From positions 200,012,001 through 200,076,000 of the forward strand of contig NC_042998.1 in NCBI RefSeq assembly GCF_006345805.1: 64,000 nt of DNA, given 5' to 3'. Positions within the stretch are counted from its first letter, which is position 1; each line of letters begins with the position of its first letter. The notes under the pieces were generated by a model. The model ran no database searches, had not been told where the DNA came from, and saw only the letters and a list, made by a program, of their open reading frames with translations. Source of the DNA: Octopus sinensis. Its lineage: Eukaryota. Shown here in pieces: positions 1 through 13,319 of the stretch. The position numbers and the translations under genes are program-made.

Positions 1-120
1 CTAAGCGATGGGTAATGTGTATTATTACTTAATGTGGCCAACCGTCTCCTGGAATATACTTGAGAGCTACTACGGTACACGATCGGGTAATTTATTCATG
101 TTTTCTCACCACATTTGTAT

Positions 121-394
121 ATAACTTATATAACTTAGATAACTTAGATATGTTTCGACCAAAGATTGGTCCAGGCCATGTCTAACTTAATAGCACCACA
201 TGATAGGATTATTCGAATCCTGTTTAAGTCAAGTTTTGTTTAAGTCAAGTTTTGTTCAAGTAGTGAGTTCTTGTTGGGTGAGTTGTATCCAATTATGGGT
301 GGCTTATCTGGTATTCTTTGAAGGAATCTATCCAGACTCCGTTTAAAGTTGATGGGATCCTTTTCCTCTTTGATCTCCCTCGGGACAATGTTAA

Positions 395-397
<3 letters not shown>
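121..397 (-). mobile_element. CR1-group LINE 3' fragment (ORF2 C-terminus + 3' UTR)
   Basis: Minus strand encodes FNIVPREIKEEKDPINFKRSLDRFLQRIPDKP, typical of a CR1-group ORF2 end. Ends in a short (CTAAGTTAT)n tail. Near-identical copy on + at 39051-39465. Confidence 0.75.
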
Positions 398-431
<34 letters not shown>

Positions 432-2257
432 CACATATATTCACACATAGAAATACAAATATACACACAATTTTTAGTATTTTATTCGTTTAACCCAATG
501 CAGTATCTTTCTGTATTTCATATTTCCTAAACGAGAAAATGCGATATCATTCTCACAGATTTGAGATGTTTCCCTTGCTGCATTGCAGGTTCATCTCGCT
601 TCTTACATAATCGAATGCTGAGGTGCTGTTTAAAGGTGCTGCTTTATTCAGCATTAGGATATTATATTTCATAGCACGCGAAATTCGAGATCTGTAAAAG
701 ATCTGCTAAGGTACGTTCTACTCGTAACTTCAAGCTGAGAAATCGGTAATACGACACTAATTGTCGTTGCAAAGATTCTTGCGATATCCTTTGTCGACAA
801 TTACTGCAAGTTCCTTCAGGATATTTACCATTTCTTAAAGTAATGTGTTGTTGATTTTTTTCTTAGTTGCGTCCTAGCCAATAGCAGTACGATGTTATGA
901 CATTTGATCTTTGCATCTGCGCAAACACAAACACCCAGGCGCGCGCACACACACACTCAAATACACACACATATGCCAGTACGTATGCATATGCACACGT
1001 ACACCCGGTTACACACAAATATATGTATATGTATATTTATATGCGCATGTATATATGTATATATATATATATATATATACATACATATATGTATACATAT
1101 ACATATACACACACAGACGCACACACACATATATGTATATATATATATACATATATATATATGTATGCATGTATGTATAAAGGTGTATATATATACATGT
1201 ACATATAAGCACCTTTATGTGCAAACATACATATACACATGCGAGCGTGTGTTTATATAAATGTATATATTCGCACGCACACACACACACACATATATAT
1301 GTATGACACTATGTAGTGCAGAAAGTTTCTTGTTGTGAAACACAAAAATATCATAGAGATGTAATAATACATCAGTTTTATTTAGTAAACCATCACAATC
1401 AATATTAAGATTCCTTTCATTTTATCTCCCAGTCTTTGTTTGTGTATATTTATTCTTAATAAAATTTTATCTGCAAGATGGCCGCTTTCATTTTTCTCCT
1501 TTTCCTTGTAGAAGTATTAGAAGTATCTAAACATATCCAGTGACGGCGATAAATTCAGCTTGAAAGTGAAAGCTGCTCAAGTGTGGATTACTTGTAGGAA
1601 ATATGTCAATATAAGTTATATCTGGCTGACACTGAAGTATCTAGCAATGTGTTACATTAAGAGTATTTCGACACAACTCAAAAAAAAAAGAAAAAAAAAG
1701 GAAAAAGATTTTCAGAAAAATATACAAGTATAAGAGAAAATATAGGTGAAAATCAGATTTACCTATTTTCTTAGTGGGAACTTGGAATTTAGCTGATGTT
1801 GTTTCTATAATATCATTCTGTCTGTCAATACTTTCTATTTCCACCTCAAGATTTTTCTTTCACGGAGTCTCACACATTCTTACACATTCGCTTTTTGTAT
1901 TTGTCCCTTTCTTCATATCTTAATCATACACACACACATACACACACACACACTCGTAGACACAGACCATATCTTCTTGCATTGTATAAGTTATGGAGTT
2001 AATATTTATGTTTAGCTATACACTACATCAGAAAGACGATAACGAAATAAGTTTGACACTTCAACTGAAGATGTTTCTCTGACGTGCATAAGAGTTTAAA
2101 ATCTTAACGGAATCTAATATGTTTCTTTATACAAAATCAGAAATACTTATAAACACGAATATATACACATACAAACAAACATACACAAATACAATAACCA
2201 TGAAAATAAACAAACTCACGCACAAACAACACGTGCACTTCACGTATGCATGTATGC

Positions 2258-2322
<65 letters not shown>

Positions 2323-2600
2323 ATATATTTATATGCATATACATATACATACACACATACAAACATATCCTACATACACAGATACACGGAAACACACACT
2401 CTCTCACAAGCACACATAAACACACGAACGAGGACGGACACACACACACTCACATATACACACACACATATATGTATATATGTGTGTGTCTGTGTCTGTG
2501 TGTGCGTGCGCGCATTTGAATTTTAACGGGGTGAATAGGCGCTCACAACTGGTCCACTATATACTCTTCCTGTGAATTGATGTTAAATTCATGAAATCTT

Positions 2601-2976
2601 GTAAGAAGCTTGCTTACCAACCACATGGTTCCGGGTTCAGTTCCACCGCGCAGCACCTTGGGCAAGTGTCTTCTACTATAGCCTCGGGCCGACCAAAGCC
2701 GTGTAAGTGGATTTGGTAGGCGGAAACTGAAAGAAGCCCGTCGTATATATGTATATATATATATCTGTGTGTGTGTCTGTGTTTGTCCCCTCCCCCAACA
2801 TCGCTTGACAACCGATGGTGGTGTGTTTACATCCTTGTAACTTAGCGGTTCAGCAAAAGAAACCGATAGAATAAGTACTACGCTTCCAAAGAATAAGTCC
2901 TGGGGTCGAATTGCTCGACTAAAGGCGGTGCTCCAGCATGGCCGCAGTCAAATGACTGAAACAAGTAAAAGAGTAA
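2601..2976 (+). mobile_element. tRNA-derived SINE family A (5'-truncated)
   Basis: Matches copies at 7911, 14778, 57125 and 59048. Has CORE-like CCTTGGGCAAGTG, an internal (TA)n(TG)n and a (GTAAAAGA)n tail. Confidence 0.85.
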
Positions 2977-3034
2977 TACTAAAAATCGTTTCGAATTATG
3001 AGAATAGAACACCAAATTTAGGGTTGGGTTATTT

Positions 3035-3170
3035 TTTTACATCGGCCCCAGACTTCACAGTTACGTTATTTCGTTGACTTCGAAAGGATGAAATCAAAGT
3101 TAATCTCGGGGCAAATTTGAACTCAGAAGGCAAAGAGCCGAAAGGAACATTCGACGCGTTAACGATTACA
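3035..3170 (-). mobile_element. Degenerate SINE family B
   Basis: aaaggatgaaatcaaagt...aatttgaactcagaa resembles the reverse complement of family B (9335-9557). Confidence 0.55.
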
Positions 3171-3543
3171 CTAAAGTATAATAACAATAAAAATCTAGTA
3201 TAATTGCATCTTTTTGAATAAAGTGTAATTGATTTTATGATATATAATTTATTTCGAAACTAGCGTGAACTTTGCCCGTGAGATTCAAATTTTACTCCAG
3301 ACAGAAAATAGAGAATAAACGTTAAGTGACTGTAATGAACAGGGAAACAGCTACACCCTGGTCGAGATACCTGGATGGTCATTGTAAGTGCAGTGCTAGT
3401 GAGGAAGTTTTTTGACGTTCAATGATTTTTGTCCCTTACTCGATATAAATACCTGTAAACATACATATATACAATCATACATACATACATACATGCATAT
3501 ATGCATACATATATAATACATACATACACACATACATACATGC

Positions 3544-3579
<36 letters not shown>

Positions 3580-3580
<1 letters not shown>

Positions 3581-3752
3581 ACAAATTAATAAATAAAACG
3601 TATGCATATATACATACATAAATGTACTTACCTACATCTATATGTATATATATACATGCATATATGGGTACAGGACACCACAAAAAAAAACGTCGAACAC
3701 AATGAGAAACTAAAACATAAATACAAAACCAAAGAAATGGACATTTTTCTTT
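3580..3752 (-). mobile_element. Short interspersed element abutting (TA)n; same family as 30325-30540
   Basis: Reverse complement matches 30395-30540 (gtcctgtacccatata..gcatgtatatat..gtagatgtaggta..gttttatttattaatt). Confidence 0.65.
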
Positions 3753-3792
3753 ATATATAATTTATATATTTACATAAATGTATTCTTTTATT

Positions 3793-3885
3793 TCTTTATT
3801 TGTTTCAGTCATTTGATTACAGCTGGAGCATCGCGTTAAGGGATTTTTAGTTGAAGTAATCGACCCCAGGACATATTCTTTGTAA
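3793..3885 (-). mobile_element. SINE family A 3' fragment
   Basis: ttgtttcagtcatttga..gctggagca..tcgaccccaggac is the reverse complement of the family A tail. Confidence 0.65.
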
Positions 3886-3886
3886 T

Positions 3887-4015
3887 ACAGTTCCATATTT
3901 GAGAGATGAGGAACTATGTGCCTTATTTACATTATTTACAATTGGCGGATACTTGTCCTCATCTTGTTTGTTGTTAACACAACGTTTCGGCTGATATACC
4001 CTTCAGCCTTCCAGT
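3887..4015 (-). mobile_element. Hammerhead-bearing short element (same family as 49508-49882), damaged core
   Basis: Near-identical to 49508-49635. Minus strand reads CTG--GAA GGCTG..CAGCC GAAAC GTT GTGT, so the CUGAUGA core is broken. Confidence 0.7.
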
Positions 4016-4261
4016 CATTCCTATAATAATTGTTGCGTTGGTAACAGTAAGCCAACATATAGATAAATAGTTAAGGAAAATTGAAATAGAACACCCGGTA
4101 GAGCTTCTACAGAAAGTTTGTCTCTAAGTGTCGGGCAGGTTTCAGGCGTCTCCTAAGCACTTGAAAGTCTGTTGCAAGCTTGTGGGTGCCTTTGCCTAAA
4201 GATAGTGACCCGTCATCCACATAAACCCTACCAGGAACAAGACCGAACCTAAGCCAAATCA

Positions 4262-4339
4262 AGATAACAGCAACAACAGCAACAATAGCAACAACAACAA
4301 CATCAACAACAACAACAATAGTAGTAGTAGTAGTAGTAG

Positions 4340-4438
<99 letters not shown>

Positions 4439-4452
4439 TAATAATAATAAAG
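4262..4452. repeat. Compound microsatellite (AAC)n(AGT)n(AAT)n
   Basis: Directly visible. Confidence 0.95.
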
Positions 4453-4454
4453 AA

Positions 4455-5140
4455 CAGGCAGAAATAAATCGATAGCGGTGGAGCCAGAAGTCTCTGGATG
4501 GATAGTATATAATTCGAAATCGAAATGCTGATGTAGATCAAGCAACAACTCATCAGTGGTTGAGAATTTCGGGATTGAAAACAGTGACTGAATGTTTCAT
4601 ATTGGCGGCACCAAATCAAAACTTGCTCACAAAAACTACCAGGCTGACGTCCTTCAAAACAGTTCCGTCTCCAAATGCGGGATTCTGCGACACATTTGAC
4701 GAAACAATAGACCATCTTTTCTCGCGAAGTTCTCTGCTGATACCAAACGAATGCAAAATCGCCATGATGTGTTGAGTCAGTATTTACATGGGAAAATATG
4801 TAAACACTAGAAAATCAGCAATCCTGCTTAGTTGTATGAACATCATCCTGAGCCAGACGTTGAAGGTAAAAATGTCACTAACAGAACGATCCAGGCTAAT
4901 CGGCCAGACATAATTATTAAAAACGGAGAAGAAAATACTTGTAGACTAACGGGTGGAAGTGTTGCCGCGGATAAACGTATATCTGCAAAGGTATTTGACA
5001 ATTTGAGTAAATATAATGACCTGGAAATTGAAATACAAAAGTTGTGTCATCTTAAAGCGAGAACTATTCCTGTTATTGTAGTTGCCCTAGGTATGATGAG
5101 AAAGAGATGTCAGAAATATATGAATATTCGCTAATATTAT
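4455..5140 (+). pseudogene. Degenerate R4/Dong-like LINE fragment (zinc knuckle + RLE)
   Basis: SGLKTVTECFILAA..CDTFDETIDH..IQANRPDII..KYNDLEIEI..TIPVIVVALG is homologous to the C-terminus of the 53-55 kb element. Starts next to (AAT)n. Confidence 0.85.
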
Positions 5141-5145
5141 ATTCA

Positions 5146-5201
<56 letters not shown>

Positions 5202-5212
5202 TATATATATAT

Positions 5213-5768
5213 TGATAAAAACGGTAAGATAACAAAAGAAAGAAAAAAACCTCGATATTATGTAAATAGAGGAATTTATCTGTAAATGTAATATGTGACA
5301 ATTATTCGTTAGCCAAGATAAAATTCCGAGTTTCGGATGCCGAGGTGGAAATCCACGCCACCATCTCTTCAGTTATCCGGCGTTCGGAAAAACGCGATGA
5401 AAATTGACCGTTATACAAAGGTAAATTACTGTGTTATTGACCGCTATTTAGATAAAAGAGCTATTCGAATGACCGCTAAGTAAGGTAAGAGGGTAAAAGG
5501 TTCATAGTATTCGCGTAAGCGCACCTGTTCATACCTACACATGTGCGACCGCACACCTACGTGGGTACGCATACATTCATCCACTCACACTTGAAAAACG
5601 TACTCATCTTCACTCGCAACCATTGCTAAATATGTATGTAAATACATACAAACACACATAACTGGCCGGATAACTGAAGGGATGAGGTGTGGATTTCCAC
5701 CTCGGCATCCGAAACACGTTCTTTTATCTTGGCTACCGAATAATTGTCACATATTACATTTACAAATA
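5213..5768. mobile_element. Fold-back element in (TA)n: about 105-bp inverted arms (5277-5381 / 5665-5768), each with a hammerhead-like motif
   Basis: Arms are reverse complements with a few mismatches. Motif GGATAA-CTGAAGA-GATG..CATC-CGAAAC..TTATCT. Confidence 0.75.
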
Positions 5769-5884
5769 TATATATATATATATATATAAATTCTGTTGTG
5801 TCTGTGGAGAGTCATTCTCTTTTAGTGCCTTATTATTTAACACACTCACAGGTGAAATTTCCACTTATTTCTTATTTTTATTTT

Positions 5885-5921
5885 CTAAAATTTTCGTTGC
5901 GTCTTGCAACCTTTTCAATAG
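5885..5921 (-). ncRNA. Candidate minimal hammerhead ribozyme, U3-A8 core variant
   Basis: Minus strand CUA-UUGAAAA-G-GUUGC(AAGAC)GCAAC-GAAAA-UUU|UAG inside a roughly 150-bp element between (TA)n tracts. Stem I is only 3 bp. Confidence 0.45.
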
Positions 5922-5957
5922 TCTTGACTCTCAAAAACAATATATATATATATATAT

Positions 5958-6244
5958 GGAGGCGCAATGGCCCAGTGGTTAGGGCAGTGGACACGCGGTT
6001 TCGATTCCCAGACCGGGCGTTGTGCGTGTTTATTGTGCGGAAACACCTAAAAGCTCCACGAAGCTCTGGCAGGGGGGGTGATCCCTGGTGTACTCTTTCA
6101 CCACTCTTTCGCCCACTCTTTCTTCTGATGGCCTGCTCGCTTAGCCAGCGGGGTGGCGTTATTCGAAGGCGAACGCATTGTGACCAGCGATGTGTAACAA
6201 CATCTGATGGTCTGGTCGGTCACGTGATCACGTGGTCACGTGAT
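5958..6244 (+). mobile_element. tRNA-derived SINE family C
   Basis: A box TGGCCCAGTGG, B-box-like GTTTCGATTCC, 3' tail of CACGTG(A/G)T repeats, flanked by (TA)n. Confidence 0.8.
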
Positions 6245-6911
6245 ATATATATATATATATATAACAAATATAAGTTACTGGTAATTTAATATTATAGCTT
6301 CTAGTGGTGATATATTAATGAGTATGTAGTGTTGTGTTAACATTTGAATAATGATATAATGTATGTCACTCACGAAAAATATTAGTTACATTAATTTCAA
6401 TCGTGTTATTGCAGTTTACTATTAATACCGATACAATGTACATTGGTTTATATGTTTATTTCTTTTAGCTTTATTAAGGTTAGTGTTTAATCCTGCCAAT
6501 AAATTGATTATTTGATACAATGAGCTTATACTTTTATATCATACTACGGAAGACGGAAGATTTTATAAGTTTGTATGACTTAATAGATTTATCTCTGTTT
6601 AGTTACGTATTTAGTAGTTGATTGTAATTTACTTAATGAATTTATTTATCGGTACGGTTATACTTAGGGTAAATGTGCTTGAAAGCTGTAGTGTTTTTTT
6701 TGGTTTGTTTGTTCCCAAGCAACACTTAGTTTATTGCTGTTGACACCGCCGGATTGAATGGTACTGCCCACGTATGGAAACAATAATGGTATATGTGGGG
6801 CAGCTGATGATGGAGGTATGTTGGATAGTTGGTATTGGTGTTTTCGTATATGTGGAATAGTATTATTGGATTCTTGGTATGGCTGTGGAATAGTATCATA
6901 ATACATCCCTT

Positions 6912-6947
<36 letters not shown>

Positions 6948-6949
<2 letters not shown>

Positions 6950-7058
6950 AGAGGCTTCCAAATAGTAAAGCGTTCTGCTAGAACACAAAAAGGGATAAAT
7001 TCATGAAAGGAATGAAAATTAAAAACATTTACTATCTCAACTATATCCCACACCAGAT
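6948..7058. mobile_element. Linear copy of the family that forms the perfect hairpin at 34541-34658
   Basis: aggcttccaaata..gctaga.acacaaaaagggataaattcat is shared with 34550-34603. Confidence 0.65.
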
Positions 7059-7097
7059 TTATATATATATAAATATATATATATAAATATATATATA

Positions 7098-7494
7098 TAC
7101 GAAGAAAGGCCGAGGACGCTCGACCTTTATTCTCTTGAAAAACGCCGCCGCCGCGGTGATCTCATTCTCGCCCACAACATCATAAGCGGGAAGTGTAACC
7201 TCTCGAAAGAGCTGTTCTTCACTCCTGCTCCGGAGCGTCGGCTGCGGGGTCATTCCGAAAAGCTCTACCTGCGACGATTTCATCTCATCGAAAGAGAGGA
7301 GCTTTCTCCGTCCGGGTTGCGGATCCGTGGAACAAGCTGCCAGACGAGATGGTGAAGATGCCGACGACCGCTTTGTTCAAAGCCTCCCTGGACCTCAAGT
7401 GGCCTGAACTCTTTACATGAACACCACCCTGTATTTAACTCCATGTCCCCCTACATGGCCTTGCTATTTGCTTTTGAGCCAAATTAACTAACTA

Positions 7495-7496
<2 letters not shown>
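7098..7496 (+). mobile_element. CR1 LINE 3' fragment
   Basis: Translates to YEERPRTLDLYSLEKRRRRGDLI..RGHSEKL..AFSVRVADPWNKLP..FKASLD (one frameshift), the classic CR1 ORF2 end. (AACT)n tail. Confidence 0.9.
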
Positions 7497-7571
<75 letters not shown>

Positions 7572-7788
7572 AAATGTGACCGCGTGTGTACCGGTGGCGA
7601 TTTTTTTCCTCTGTCTTCCCTTCTCTGGACCTTTCCTTCTCCTATGTTTCCGACGAAGAGCTCCGCTCGAAACGTTAAACCCTCCTACTTCCCTTCCTTC
7701 CTGAGCGTCCAATAATAATATATTTGTTCCACGTCCTCGCGTTGTTGTGTTTTCTCTATGTGTTTTCATGTTTGGATTAACTTTATAT
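7572..7788 (+). mobile_element. Short hammerhead-bearing element (motif 7646-7680); second copy 58173-58380
   Basis: GUUU-CCGACGA-A-GAGC(UCC)GCUC-GAAAC-GUU|AAAC. Two copies in the window, both bounded by microsatellite. Confidence 0.75.
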
Positions 7789-7791
7789 AAG

Positions 7792-8345
<554 letters not shown>

Positions 8346-8400
8346 ACTAAAAAAAAAAATATATATATAATACATATATATATATATATACATACATATA

Positions 8401-8700
8401 GCAAATGAGAATACAGAGTCGATATAAAATCGACAGACATCAGCCGGTAAACATTCCGGTATGTCTATTTAGTTAAATTTATATTTTATTAGAGATACTG
8501 GAAATTTTACCGGCTGGTATCTGTCGATTTTATATACTCTCCGTTTCCTTATTTGCCGTATAAATCAAGCGTAAACCATTTGTTACACCCGCCCACATAT
8601 AATATCAAGTGCGAGATCGCCATGCAATAACTAGCAGTTGGATATGAATAATTGGTTACACTACTACCAGCGGTATATTGGATAGGTACTATCTCTTAGT
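8401..8700. mobile_element. Fold-back element: imperfect inverted arms 8401-8466 / 8490-8557 plus unique extension
   Basis: tataaaatcgacagacatcagccggtaaa pairs with tttaccggctggtatctgtcgattttata. Bounded by microsatellites. Confidence 0.65.
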
Positions 8701-8875
8701 TGTATATACATACATACATACATATATACATAATGCATAGATACATGCTTACATACATACATAGATACATACATACACACACACACACACACGCGCACAC
8801 ACACACAGACACACACACAGACACACACACACACACACACACATACACACACACACACACACACAACACACACAC

Positions 8876-8907
<32 letters not shown>

Positions 8908-9125
8908 GGTAAATGTTTTTTAAATTTTCTCCTGTTTACGGAATTGACTTTTATTTGCGGTTGAAGCTTTGGCTGTTATTTCTAGTGGGTGAATGGCCTA
9001 TTATGGCCGTTCCTTGATTGTTGATGTTGAACTTAAAAATGGTCTATGACTATTTAATCTTTTCCCACTAGGCCGCTGGTGGCAAAAAAAATTCTACAAA
9101 ATTTTTTTTTGCCATCCTATTATGG

Positions 9126-9333
<208 letters not shown>

Positions 9334-9334
9334 C

Positions 9335-9557
9335 AAGGCGGTGAGCTGGCAGAACCGTTAGCACGCCGGGCGGAATGCGTAGCCGTATTTCGTCTGCCGT
9401 TACGTTCTGTGTTCAAATTCCGCCGAGGTCGACTTTGCCTTTCATCCTTTCAGGGTCGATAAATTAAGTACCAGTTACGCACTGGGGTCGATGTAATCGA
9501 CTTAATCCCTTTGTTTGTCCTCTATGTTTAGCCCCTTGTGGGTAATAAAGAAACATA
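9335..9557 (+). mobile_element. tRNA-derived SINE family B, full length
   Basis: Head AAGGCGGTGAGCTGGCAGAA, B box GTTCAAATTCC, tail ..agccccttgtgggtaataaagaaa. Many copies in the window. Confidence 0.9.
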
Positions 9558-10386
9558 TACATATATATATATATATATATCAGCAAAATTTACAATGCAA
9601 AGTTCGATGAGAATTTGCTTACAACAGCTTTCTTTGATTTTTCTAAATTTTTTCTGTCATTAAATTTTCTTAGGTTATATTTTTATGTTGGTAAACATAT
9701 TTTACTAAGTGACAATGTGTTGTATCGGAGTAACATCGGAACATATATCGGGAAATGATGTTCACTTTTAGGCAAATAAAAATGTCATTAGTGAGTTAAA
9801 ACACTCAAAGTGTAAGCCCTAAATGGAAGTTTCAAGCATTTTGTTAGTGAAAGATGGCAAATACTTAGATTAAATTTTGTGTGTATAACAATGCGCAAGA
9901 TTGTTATATACGCATTCACTATTATCTAAATTATATGATGATAATAGTAACTATATATATTTTAGGACGCCAATCACCACAGAACAGCTGCTGATTTCTT
10001 ATGGCAAAATAGTATACACGCCCAAACCTGTATCAAGACTACTCATTTTCAATTTTAGAGCATGAATCATTTCAACTCTAGGTCGTTATCAAATAATTGA
10101 ACATGCAACTATCATTCAGATACATGAGACGTTGCTGCTGTTATGAATGTAACGATGATTATGTGGGGGCTGCTATACAAAAGGTTTCAGTAACATAAAG
10201 GGAGACGTTCAACCCACATGTTTAAATGCAAAGGTCATTCTTTGATTCCAACAAACATATCATTTTTAATACCAATGAACTAATAAGAACGAAATGGGTT
10301 TCTTTTTAGTTATAATGAGTGTGATCGCAGGTTAAACGACAGATAAATATATAGATATATACATATATACATATATAAATACATCC

Positions 10387-10427
<41 letters not shown>

Positions 10428-10450
10428 AATAAATATATATACATATATGC

Positions 10451-10482
<32 letters not shown>

Positions 10483-10496
10483 TATACATATATATA

Positions 10497-10539
<43 letters not shown>

Positions 10540-10607
10540 TGTATATGTATATATATACATATATGTATATGTATAAATACATATATGTATATATATATAA
10601 TATTTAT

Positions 10608-10647
<40 letters not shown>

Positions 10648-10649
10648 AT

Positions 10650-10700
<51 letters not shown>

Positions 10701-11933
10701 GGATGCACACACATTTCATACGTTCTGAGCGCACTAGCTAAGTATATATGCCTCTCAAAACTTTTAATCAGCGACCTACATCATTGAACCTAACACTCAT
10801 TTTGCAATAATTGCACTTACTTCCCTAAAACCACACCAACCAGTAACTTTCTATTGACTTCTCTACCCTGCTTCTTAATTTAATTTGTTTTGCTCCTTAT
10901 TTGGTTTGGCTTGTAATTTACCCGGTATATATACACGCATATTTGCGTATAGGCGTGTGTATTTGTTCTTCTCCATACAGATACATACATACATACCTAC
11001 ACACACACATATATATATATATATTCATATGCAAACATCCACATATATAGAGATATTTAAGCAAATATACATGCACACGCTCAGAAATATGTATGTATGT
11101 ATGTGTGTAATATGTACATATTCTCTATTATTCGTCAAGTAATTTTCTGAAGTGAATCATAATCAAAATTAGTTCCCATGTATGAACATATATTTCAACT
11201 CATCTATCATGCGCGTATACTTATTCATAGTGACATAGTTTCATTTGAATCTACATTTACACAGACATGGACGTGCATTGCCACGCATTTAAACACACAC
11301 TCACAGTCACAAAAAGTCGTGCAAGCATAAACGAATATATACATTAATTCATGAATGTGTAAATATTTCCTGTGAATTATTTCTGAACACAAAAGAATAA
11401 TTGTATATATATTTTTTCAGTATCTTGTGGACAGCTTTGTTGTAGAAGACCCTCATTTCTGCTAATTTAAATTCACAACATTGCCTTGGAAAAAATTAAT
11501 GCATTCCACTATATTGGTGGAATTTGTCATATCGATGACGCGTTGATACGCCAATGATGGCAGAAAAGGGCTTGAAATGTGAAGATAATCGATTCTAAAC
11601 AGATGCGAAATTTAATCATTTTCCTTTATATTCCTTTGCTTTGAAAAGATGCCCGTATGTGTGCAGCCCGTCTTTTTCGTGTGTTTCCTTCTATCTTTTT
11701 TTTTTCTTTCAGTTGGGCGTTATTTCAATTATATAAATCTTAACATTTCGCGACTCTATGGAACCTGAGTTCACAGATTCAATGTTGTTATTATGCACTG
11801 ATTTTTGAATTGTTATGTTTAGCATACATATATATATATATAAATATATATATACATATATATAAATATATAAATATATATAAATATATATACATATGTA
11901 TACATACATATATACACATATAAATACATATAT

Positions 11934-11980
<47 letters not shown>

Positions 11981-12879
11981 ATACGTGTGTGCATAGAAAT
12001 ATGCATGTACATCTAAATACACACGCACGTACACATACGTATACATCTACGCAAACTCATATGCATACACATAGGAACATAAGCATGATGCCCCAGTGTG
12101 TGTTGTGTGTTGTATAGGTACATGTTCCTATAAGGAAACTTCGAGATAAAAGAATGTTTTCTGCGTTTTGACTTCCTTCTCTCTAAAATACGTTTGCTTC
12201 GATAGAGTATTCAAATAAATGCGCATTTTCTCTTTAAGAAAGATTAACCTTAAATTAATTCAAATTCTGGATATATTTAAATTTATCATCTTCTGTGCAA
12301 ATTGAATTAGTCCCATGAAAAGAGGCCTGCAATGAAGATCCTCATACAGTCTATCTATATCTACATAACACCCTGCACCATCGGTTCAGATCAAACGACA
12401 AGACATCGTAACAGCAAGTAAGTAAATAGAAATATGTAGGGCATGCACCCCTCACAACATGTAATAACGGTACACAGGCGAAACATTACGTAGAATCACG
12501 TTCGTCCATACACAACACACACGCACATATATAAACACAAATACACATATATATTAGGCATCATTTGAATATTCACTATATTGCTACACAGAGTTTCCCA
12601 AGTGTATCACTCCATCAGGCCTTTCTGCCTTTAATTTATGAACATTAGCTCTCCATCATGTGGTGTGAACACTTGTGTTTATTTATATAATCCTCTCTAT
12701 CTCTTATACTATATGTCTGTGTTTATGTATGTGCGTGCGCGTATTTATGTGTCCGTGCGTGCGAGTACGTGTGTGTGTGTGTGTGCGTACGTGCATATGT
12801 GTGCGTGCATGTGTGTGTGTATCACTGTATCATTCTGTATCATTGAGTCACTTATATCGACAAGAATAGCGGATGCTGC

Positions 12880-13210
12880 TGCACATCGCTGGTAACAATG
12901 CGCTTCCAATTTGCTCTTTTTTAGGTTCTACCATCTTTTCCCATCTTAACTAAATCATTGCTTAACTAAATCATTTTCCCATCGATGTGGAGGAGGCCTT
13001 CTAATTTCTTGGATACCAATCGGTAACTGCATAGGTCTAGCTTTTTTTGCCTATGAGACTTGTGACATATGTAGCTGAAATTGCTTCCAGCATTCTGCGA
13101 TCACATTGTTCACTCCGCCTAAGTCTCGAATTGCACCTTTCCAATATAATCCTGAAATGACATCCATTGCAGGTATCATTTCGTGGCCTTCTACGTCGTA
13201 GCCAATCGAT
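12880..13210 (-). pseudogene. Degenerate RTE-like LINE 3' fragment
   Basis: Minus frames give DRRMLEAIS..TYAVTDWYPRN and RRPPPHRWENDL, resembling the RTE ORF end (W.PR..KR..GRP..RW.DD). Confidence 0.5.
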
Positions 13211-13266
13211 ACGTATATGTATGTGTGTGTATGTGTGTGTGTCTGTGTGTGCGTGTGTGCATGTAT

Positions 13267-13319
<53 letters not shown>

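Noticed and set aside
5958-6015. tRNA-like sequences at SINE heads (also 42825-42894)
   Set aside because: They have A/B boxes but no complete cloverleaf and continue into SINE bodies; not tRNA genes.
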